64,000 nt of DNA, taken from the NCBI RefSeq assembly GCF_006345805.1, contig NC_043001.1, positions 28,830,001 to 28,894,000 on the forward strand. Direction: 5' to 3'. This document shows positions 52,122 to 60,972 of this stretch, piece by piece. The stretch comes from Octopus sinensis (Eukaryota). Both the position numbers and the translations under genes were made by a program. The notes below the pieces were generated by a model. It saw only the letters and a list, made by a program, of their open reading frames with translations, searched no databases and was not told the origin of the DNA. The first letter of the stretch is position 1, and every line of letters begins with the position of its first letter.

Positions 52122-52536
52122 GCAGGAGTGGGTGTGTGGTAAGTAGCTTGCTCACCAACCACATGGAACCGGGTTCAGTCCCACTGCGTGGCATCTTGGG
52201 CAAGTGTCTTCTGCTATAGCCCTGGGCCGACCAATGCCTTGTGAGTGGATTTGGTAGACGGAAACTGAAAGAAGACTGTCGTATATATGTATATATATAT
52301 ATGTATGTATGTGTGTGTGTTTGTGTGTCTGTGTTTGTCCCCCTAGCATTGCTTGACAACCGATGCTGGTGTGTTTACGTCCCCGTCACTTAGCGGTTCG
52401 GCAAAAAGAGACCGATAGAATAAGTACTGGGCTTATAAAGAATAAGTCCCGGGGTCGATTTGCTCGACTAAAGGCGGTGCTCCAGCATGGCCACAGTCAA
52501 ATGACTGAAACAAGTAAAAGAGAGTAAAAGAGAGTA
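52122..52536 (+). mobile_element. SINE family A copy (close to consensus)
   Basis: Full head, body and GAGTAAAA tail. Confidence 0.85.
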
Positions 52537-53470
52537 ACTCAGCATCGTCCATTGGGCAGGGTGGGGGTTTGTTCGTACTATATAAAAGCTATCAACTACT
52601 CAATGGCCCACAAATACATTAAATATAAGAACATTTTAGAGAAAGTCCAAGGCCTCTGGCCTATAGAGACCACTTCAGAGGCCTGTTTGTGGACTATAGA
52701 TCATCTGTTGTCAACTCCTATATTAGACATTTTGTCTTATGTAGGGGTTGACAACAATATAATACCTTTATGAATTGTTTATACTCTCAATCAATAGAGG
52801 AAAGGGCAGCCTATTACAGACACTAGCATAGCTGGACAGGAGTAGGGGCAGTCTGCCCCAGGTGGCACTTTTCATTCTGTTGTAGGTTATTGCCTACAAA
52901 CACATAGGCAATATGTGTTTTTTGCAGCGTTCAGGAGAGGCAAACGGAAGGGCCATCCTGGGCAGTGCACCCTCTAGCTACACTAGGGATCACAGATAAT
53001 TCTTTCAGAAAATCCTTGCTTTTTGTCCTTGATATTTAGGGCAGTTGGTTATACGTGCAATTTCTTATGTAAACAACTAAACATTTGCTGTGGTTATGGA
53101 TGACAGATCTATAATCATTTATCTACATCGGATCAGTTAGCACATTCATTTGATATTGGGAAAACCTTGATAGTTAGTATCTTTTTATCTAAGTAAGGTG
53201 AGGCATGCATTTTGTTCAAGGACATGCCACGAGCTTTGGAAAAATATTATTTGAAATTCACTCCATTTAGTTACAGCCACTGGGCATGTTCGATACACCG
53301 GTGTTATTATGTACGGGAAAGAATGATTTCTACTCGATTGCTTCTGTGAATTACTGTTGCTAGTTGATTGTTTGTTGATGTTATCGTTAAAACATTGTAG
53401 GCACATGCACGTACATGCATGCAAACACACACATTCCCACTCTCATGTTTAAACATATAATATGAACATG

Positions 53471-53688
53471 CATACATACATCCATCTACCTATTTGTCTC
53501 TCTATACATACATACATACACACATACATACATACATACATACATACATACACACATACATACATACATACATACATACATACATACATACATACATACA
53601 AACATACACACATACATACATACATACATACATACATACATACATACATACATACAAACATACACACATACATACATACATACATACA

Positions 53689-53722
<34 letters not shown>

Positions 53723-53832
53723 CATACATACATACATACATACATACATACAAACATACACACATACATACATACATACATACATACATACATACATACA
53801 TACATACATACATACATACATACACACATACA

Positions 53833-53866
<34 letters not shown>

Positions 53867-53931
53867 CATACATACATACATACATACATACAAACATACA
53901 CACATACATACATACATACATACATACTACA

Positions 53932-53965
<34 letters not shown>

Positions 53966-53976
53966 CATACATATAT
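53471..53976. repeat. ~500-bp (TACA)n microsatellite
   Basis: Read directly; source of the YIHT/MYVC ORFs. Confidence 0.97.
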
Positions 53977-54036
53977 GGACAGACATAAACATATGCTTGC
54001 ACATGTGTGTGTGTTTGTGCGTAGGTGGATGTATGA

Positions 54037-54217
54037 CAAGAGAGAAAGAGGGGGGAGAGAGTGAGGAAGGGAGGAAGATAGAGGAAGGAAAGAGGGAAAG
54101 AGAAACAATAAGAAAACAAGGAGAAAGAGAGACAATGAAAGAGAAAGAAAGAGAGAGAGAAAGAGTGACAATGAGAAAGCAAGAGGGAAAGATAATGAAA
54201 AAGAAAGAGACAAGAAG

Positions 54218-54259
<42 letters not shown>

Positions 54260-54322
54260 CAATGAGAAAGCAAGAAAGAAAGACAATAAAAAAGAAAGAC
54301 ACCGAAAAAGAAAGAGACAAGA

Positions 54323-54382
<60 letters not shown>
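54037..54382. repeat. Polypurine (GA-rich) tract
   Basis: Almost exclusively G/A with (GA)n runs. Confidence 0.9.
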
Positions 54383-54829
54383 ATGTGTGAATATATGTAT
54401 GTGCATGAATGCATATGCTTTGTGTACATGTGTGATTATGAGTATATTTCAATAACTAACTTAGTATTGTTTCAGGACAACTAAAAGTTTTTCCTTGATA
54501 TATTAATATCTGTAGACTAAACTCTTTGCCAACCAACAATTAAACCACCTTACCATCTCATTGTTTGGGTTTTCAGTAGCGTTGATGGTAGTGGTATTCT
54601 ATCAAGCATATTGATTTTGTTATATTTCTTTCTGGATCTTTTATCAAAGTTAATAAACAATACAACAATAACAATGATAGTAATTATAATGTTTACCGTG
54701 GTTTCTATCAAATACATTTGCTTAAGACTCCCGGGAACAGTGTAAGGCTGAAATACAATCAAGCAAAAAGGAAAAAATTAATGAAATCAGATTTTAATAA
54801 TAGAAATCACAATCAAAATTAAATTCACT

Positions 54830-55308
54830 GACATGGCCAATGACAGTACCGCCTGACTGCCACCCGTACCAGTGGAACATTCTGAGAATGATCATTGCCA
54901 GGGCTGCTGACTGGCTCCTGTGCCGGTGGCACATAAAAAGCACCATTCGAACGTGATCATTACCAGCGTCGCTTTACAGGCACTTGTGCTGGTGGCATGT
55001 GAAAAACTACATTTGAGCGAGGTCGTTGACAGTGCCGCTGGACTGGCTCCTGTCCGAGTGGCACATAAAAAACACCATTTGAGTGTGGCCGTCGCCAGTA
55101 CCACCTGACTGACACTTGTGCCGGTGACATGTAAAAGCACCCACTACACTCTCGGAGTGGTCGGCATTAGGAAGGGCATCCAGCTGTAGAAACTCTGCCA
55201 GATCAGACTGGAGCCTTGGTGCAGCCATCTGGCTCGCCAGTCCTCAGTCAAACTGTCCAACCCATGCCAGCATGGAAAGCGGACGTTAAACGATGATGAT
55301 GATGATGA
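54830..55308 (+). mobile_element. RTE 3' UTR fragment
   Basis: Diverged ~60-bp repeats, conserved terminal motif, TGA tail. Confidence 0.75.
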
Positions 55309-55569
55309 ATACTAGTGAAGCTAATGACCAGTTATCTTTCACTTTTTACTTGTGTCTGTCATTTGACTACGACCATCCTGGGGCACCACCTTGAAGGGTT
55401 TTAGGTGAGCAAATTGACCCCAGGACTGATTTTTTAAGCTTGGTACTTATTCTATCAGACTCTTTTGCCAAACTGCTAAATTACTGGGACGTAAATACAC
55501 CAACACCTGTTGTCAAGTGGTGGGTGGATGGGGCAAACACAGACACAAAGATACACACTCATAGATACA

Positions 55570-55605
<36 letters not shown>

Positions 55606-55725
55606 TTTAAAATTATAATTTAGGGTATCTAAGAGATAACTCCATGCTGGAAATAACAATCAAAACTTGACTCTAAAACCACATTAAATGTTCACACAGC
55701 ACCAATATACACACGCACACACACA

Positions 55726-55765
<40 letters not shown>

Positions 55766-55821
55766 GCATACATACATGCATACATACAAATATACATACA
55801 TACATACACACACACTCACAT

Positions 55822-55872
<51 letters not shown>

Positions 55873-55884
55873 TACATACATACA

Positions 55885-55920
<36 letters not shown>

Positions 55921-56449
55921 TATATATTAAGGATAAATATTAGGGAATAATTATATTTTTTTAATAATTTTGTTATATATTTAAATAATATAAATTAAAT
56001 AATCTTATGTATTGGCTTAAGTTTTTCATTGTATGATTTGCCTAATTTGTGGTTTTATCTCTAATTTAATATAATTATATATATATATATATAATAGTTA
56101 TCGCCATACTAATATGGCATTCTTATAAAATAAGAAAAAGCTGTCCGCTTATTAGCTCCATGAGGCCACTGACCTCCCTTGTTCGAAGGTTATATGGATA
56201 CAGTTTGTGTATCAAATAGCTAACTTAAGGCGATGGCCTCATGGAGCTAATAAGCGGACAGCTTTTTTCTTATTTTTATAAGAATGCCATATTAGTATGG
56301 CGATAACTATTATTTTCCGGGAACGCTGCCGCTGTTCTCTTTTAGAGAGACTTAGTTATTTTAATATTTCTATTATTGAAAACAAGTGGATGTATTCCAC
56401 CGAAACTAGGTAAATAAAACCATCGAACAGAGATTGTCGGAAGCGACAC

Positions 56450-56520
56450 CTACTGGCTGGCTACGCTGCATTGAAAAGGGGCAATACTCCGAAACGCGTC
56501 TGTAGCTGCCGGTCAAGTAG
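56450..56520 (+). ncRNA. Type I hammerhead ribozyme fold, U3:A8 variant (copy 1)
   Basis: Stem I GCTGCA/TGTAGC, TAC/T loop, TGGCTGGC/GCCGGTCA, CTAC/GTAG; core TTGAAAA; stem II GGGG-CAATA-CTCC; GAAA; palindromic ACGCGT; GUC site at 56500. Confidence 0.85.
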
Positions 56521-56810
56521 TGTGGAGCGACTGACCTCCCTTGTTCGAAGGTTATATGGATACAGTTTGTGTATCAAATAGCTAACTTAAGGCGATGGCC
56601 TCATGGAGCTAATAAGCGGACAGCTTTTTTCTTATTTTTATAAGAATGCCATATTAGTATGGCGATAACTATTATTTTCGGGAACGCTGCCGCTGTTCTC
56701 TTTTAGAGAGACTTAGTTATTTTAATATTTCTATTATTGAAAACAAGTGGATGTATTCCACCGAAACTAGGTAAATAAAACCATTGAACAGAGATTGTCG
56801 GAAGCGACAC

Positions 56811-56881
56811 CTACTGGCTGGCTACGCTGCATTGAAAAGGGGCAATACTCCGAAACGCGTCTGTAGCTGCCGGTCAAGTAG
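56811..56881 (+). ncRNA. Type I hammerhead ribozyme fold, U3:A8 variant (copy 2)
   Basis: Identical to copy 1; GUC site at 56861. Confidence 0.85.
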
Positions 56882-57091
56882 TGTGGAGCGACTGACCTCC
56901 CTTGTTCGAAGTTATATGGATACAGTTTGTGTATCAAATAGCTAACTTAAGGCGATGGCCTCATGGAGCTAATAAGCGGACAGCTTTTTTCTTATTTTTA
57001 TAAGAATGCCATATTAGTATGGCGATAACTATTATTTTCCGGGAACGCTGCCGCTGTTCTCTTTTAGAGAGACTTAGTTATTTTAATATTC

Positions 57092-57131
<40 letters not shown>

Positions 57132-57148
57132 CATATATTTATATATAT

Positions 57149-57640
57149 AATAGGTTGGCAACTAAGATCCTGCCATTTTTTAAAAATTTAAATTTTATAA
57201 AAGATTTAATAAAAAATAACAACTAATTAAACAATAATGTATTCACCCTTGTTGTTTACAACTTCTTCCCAACGTTCAACAAGATTTTCAATACCTCATT
57301 GGTAGAAATCACCTGATTTTGACTTGCAAAATTGATTCAACCAAGCTCTCAATTCTGTATCAGTATTGAATGAAACTCCACACATGGCATTTGAAAGAGA
57401 TCAAAAGAGGTGGAAATCCGTTGGTGCCAAATCAGGAGAGTACGGCGAGTGTGGCAGCACTTCCCAGCCATGTGTTTGAATGGCTTCCTTGGTCATATTG
57501 GCGATATGAAGGCAGGCGTTGCCATGCAGCAGAAGAACTCCATGCTGACAATTAGGTCTTTTCTCTTGAATAGCCATGTTGAGCTGTTCCATCTGTTGAA
57601 CATAGAGTTCTGCGTTGACCGTTTGATTCCATTCTAGCAA
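57149..57640 (-). mobile_element. Mariner 3' fragment
   Basis: TVNAELY, LLHGNA, HSPYSPDLAPTDFHLF; TIR-like TAGGTTGGCAACTAAG end. Confidence 0.8.
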
Positions 57641-57649
57641 TTCGTAATG

Positions 57650-58060
57650 GATAATCCCTTCCCAGTCCCAACGATTTCAGGTTGGTCTCTATAGTGAGCT
57701 TCAGTCCAAGGGAGTTCATGGTGTTAGTGAAGCTCTTTCTGAACCTGTCTAGCATGTGACTACTAGTGCCTCTTGATATTGTCAGCATGTTATCCCTGTA
57801 GAGGCCAAAGCTAGTTTAAGGGAATTTCGTTTTTAGTATATCTAGGATGAAGAGACTGACCAGATCACATACATCTGCACTGTCAAAAGCACCCATTGCT
57901 ACGTTGAGAAGAGAGCAATTTTAAATGGTTCCCAACACCCGGATGTCTATTTTAATAGCAGAAGTGAGGTGTTTGATTCTTGCCCACATGAAAGGAAGTA
58001 CATCCTATTGTACCTGCATACCTCACCATGACTGCAACCACAGGTTCCTTGCCTTGGTCC
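57650..58060 (-). mobile_element. Penelope-like RT fragment
   Basis: MGAFDSADVCDLVSLFIL..GLYRDNML..GLKLTIETN, matching the MG.FDGAE.C.LVG / GLYRDDGL pattern. Confidence 0.7.
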
Positions 58061-58949
58061 TTGACCCTCTGCCAATGACCTTCCACCAATGCCCTCAGGC
58101 TCAGCAAAAAGAGTTTGACCAAAGCATACACCAATGCACCTACGTACCCACATGCGCACCCCTATAAGGTGGGCACCCCACAAAATAGACTGTCTGCCTC
58201 CACCCCAACACATACCCCTGCACACAAATTGTACCCCCACACATACACAGACCCCCACCACAGACACACATTATACATTATACACACATCACACACTGCA
58301 CACTAACAAACCCCATGAATTTATCCTTTACAGAAAGAAAGCAGACTAACAAATACAGTGCTATATATATCTACACACCCAGAAAAAAAATATGCATATG
58401 ACTCCACTACACATATCACACAGCCATCCACACAGGAACACCGTGTTAATAATACACACTATCCCCACTTCAAGATAACTCTTGCCGGTTTCACAGCATA
58501 CCCAACCAAGGGACATAACTCCTAACCTAATACCCTGGCCTCTTTTTTTGTTCCACTACCTTTTTTCACAGCAGCCACTGATTGGTTGTGCTAATCCACC
58601 TCTAACAATAGGTAGCAATCGCAATATTCCCTTCCATATCAGCTAACTCTGATGCGTGTTAAGTTATATAATCGGATTGTTACCTAATACTCCATTGTAT
58701 TCCTTATGTGAAACCGATTGGTAAGATCAACGGTGATGGATATTTAATATTATATTTTTCGGACAATATATATATATATATATAAATATGTTACAAAAAG
58801 AAAATAGAAGCTACACATGGAAATGTAAGGGGAGAGTAAGAAGAAAAATAATCGAAAATGCACATTGGAAATCAAAAAAAGTAAAGGCTTTTTATGAAAA
58901 GTAACGATAGATATATACAATTAGATGAACTGAGGTAGGATAAAAAGTA

Positions 58950-59930
58950 ATAAAAGACATTATTGTGAATTGTTAAAGAGATTCAAAAGCATACCGGTTT
59001 TGTGAATTTACTTATCATTGCTTTGAATGCACACCGATTAATAAACAGTGTCAGGTCTACTAGTCCCTGAGTAAAATGATTATGTTTAAGGGAGGTAAGA
59101 AGTTCTGGATTTGGTGCAATTAGGGTAAATATAGATATGTAATGTGAATGGTGTATGGTATGTATGGGGGTTAGTGGTATTAATTGAAAGGTTAGTAGTG
59201 TTCTGTATTATTTTATGAGTTCATATTGAGTTGTGGAAGATATTTATTGATGAAAGTTGCCTCTTTATTCATTCTTTGTTGTACTGAGGTGTTCTGTGAA
59301 CATTGGTAGAAGGGGAAAATTAGGATATTAGGATTAAGATTCCTAGCACACCTTTCTGTGTTCACTAACCTGTATCTGTCTGTATTGTGGGTGGCAGATT
59401 TGTTCTTTGTGGAGAGCGGTTCTTCGATGGAGCGATATTCCTGTATGGCCAATATAATTATTACCACACCCTAAGCATGTAATGGCATAGATTAGATTTT
59501 CCGAGGCACAGGTGAAATTTGATTTGATCTTAAATATTTCACCTTGTTTAAAGTGGAATTCTGAACCCTCCAAAAGGTGGGGGCATGTACCACAGTTAGG
59601 TCGACCACATTTTATTCACTTTTGGTTCTGTTGTTAATGGATATAGTCTTGCGCTGGTTAATATTTTTTTCAATGATTTAGGTTGCATTTTGCTCTTGAT
59701 AATTTTGTGTGAGCTTAAAATTTTGTTCATTGTTTAATCTCCTGTGAAGATGGGAAGATTTTGGATGATAATGTTGAAGACTTCGTTGTTTCTAGGGTTA
59801 TGTGTGGAGATGTATGGGAGTATTTTTAAGTCTGGTTTCGTATTTTGGTTGACTTCCCTTAATGTTCGTATATCTATTTCCATAACTCATTTAATACCAT
59901 CATTTAATCCATCGTTTAATACCATCATTC
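58950..59930 (-). mobile_element. Penelope-like element C-terminus (GIY-YIG) and 3' UTR
   Basis: FTCASENLIYAITCLGCGNNYIGHTG..H (59343-59573), IFPFYQC..RMNKEATFINKYLPQLN (59213-59467); decayed HHR at 58986-59024. Confidence 0.8.
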
Positions 59931-60084
59931 TTGCACCCACTTTTACATCAATGCTGATCATTGTTACAGCTTTATGTGTATGACTGTGTGCATATTAGTG
60001 TGTGTCTGTGTGTGCATATGTTGTTGTATAGGTATGTGTGTGTGTGCATGCATGCATGGCCAAAGGACTCAAAGAGTTTAAAAG

Positions 60085-60445
60085 ATAAAGGGTAAAGACC
60101 CCCTTTGATCTTTACCAAATTACCAAGGGATTGTGCTTAGAAAGTTCTTCGCTGAGGCACAAATCCAGGCAAAGTTGTTCATGGAAGACCTGCAATTGTC
60201 CATGCATACCAGCTTCCCCTCTTCTCACCACCAATGTTATCCAAGGAAAAGGCAAAGGCCGATACAGGTTGCCACCAGTGATGTCGCAACTCATTTCTAC
60301 ATTTCTACAGCTGAGTGAACTGGAGCAATGTGAAATAAAGTGTCCTGCTCAAAAACACAACACACAGCCCAGCCTGGGAATTGAACTCACTACCTCATGA
60401 TTGTAAGCCTGACACACTAACCATTGAGCCATGCACCTTCACCAG
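60085..60445 (-). mobile_element. SINE family D copy
   Basis: Reverse-complement similarity to 10326-10665. Confidence 0.6.
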
Positions 60446-60754
60446 TGAGTTTATAATTCTTCTTATTTGATAGCTGTGTAATAAAATAGATTTCAACACA
60501 CTTTGTCTTCTTGGCAGAGGTTAACAGGGGTAGCCAGATCTATCTCAGTGTCATAGCAACCACCCTCACACCATCTCGCTATTTTGCTGGGTTTTAGGCA
60601 TCCTCCTTTTTCAAACCAACCTGCCCAATCTCTTCTTCCACCTGTACCCTCCCACCCACCTTTTCCTTGGTCTACCTCACTTTCGCGCTCCAATTACTTC
60701 AAAAGCAATCACCCTCCTCAGAACATGCTCTTCATCCTTCTTCAACACATTCTT

Positions 60755-60972
60755 TTATTCTTTTATTTGTTTCAGTCATTTGACTATGGCCATGCTGGAG
60801 CACCGCCTTTAGTCGAGCAAATCAACCCCAGGACTTATTCTTTGTAAGCCTAGTACTTATTCTATCGGTCTCTTTTGGTGAACCACTAAGTTACGGGGAC
60901 ATAAACACACCAGCATCGGTTGTCAAGCAATGTTGGGGGGACAAACACACACACATATATTTATACATATAC
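60755..60972 (-). mobile_element. 3' half of a SINE A split by the RTE insertion
   Basis: Continues seamlessly at 63711-63877 on the other side of the LINE. Confidence 0.8.

Larger units (their letters stand above)
56091..57096 (+). repeat. ~361-bp tandem array (2.6 units) with 78-bp inverted 5' segment; hammerhead-containing retrozyme/PLE pLTR-like element
   Basis: Units start at 56168, 56530 and 56891 and are ~99% identical; 56091-56168 is the reverse complement of 56234-56313; (TA)n on both flanks. Confidence 0.9.
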
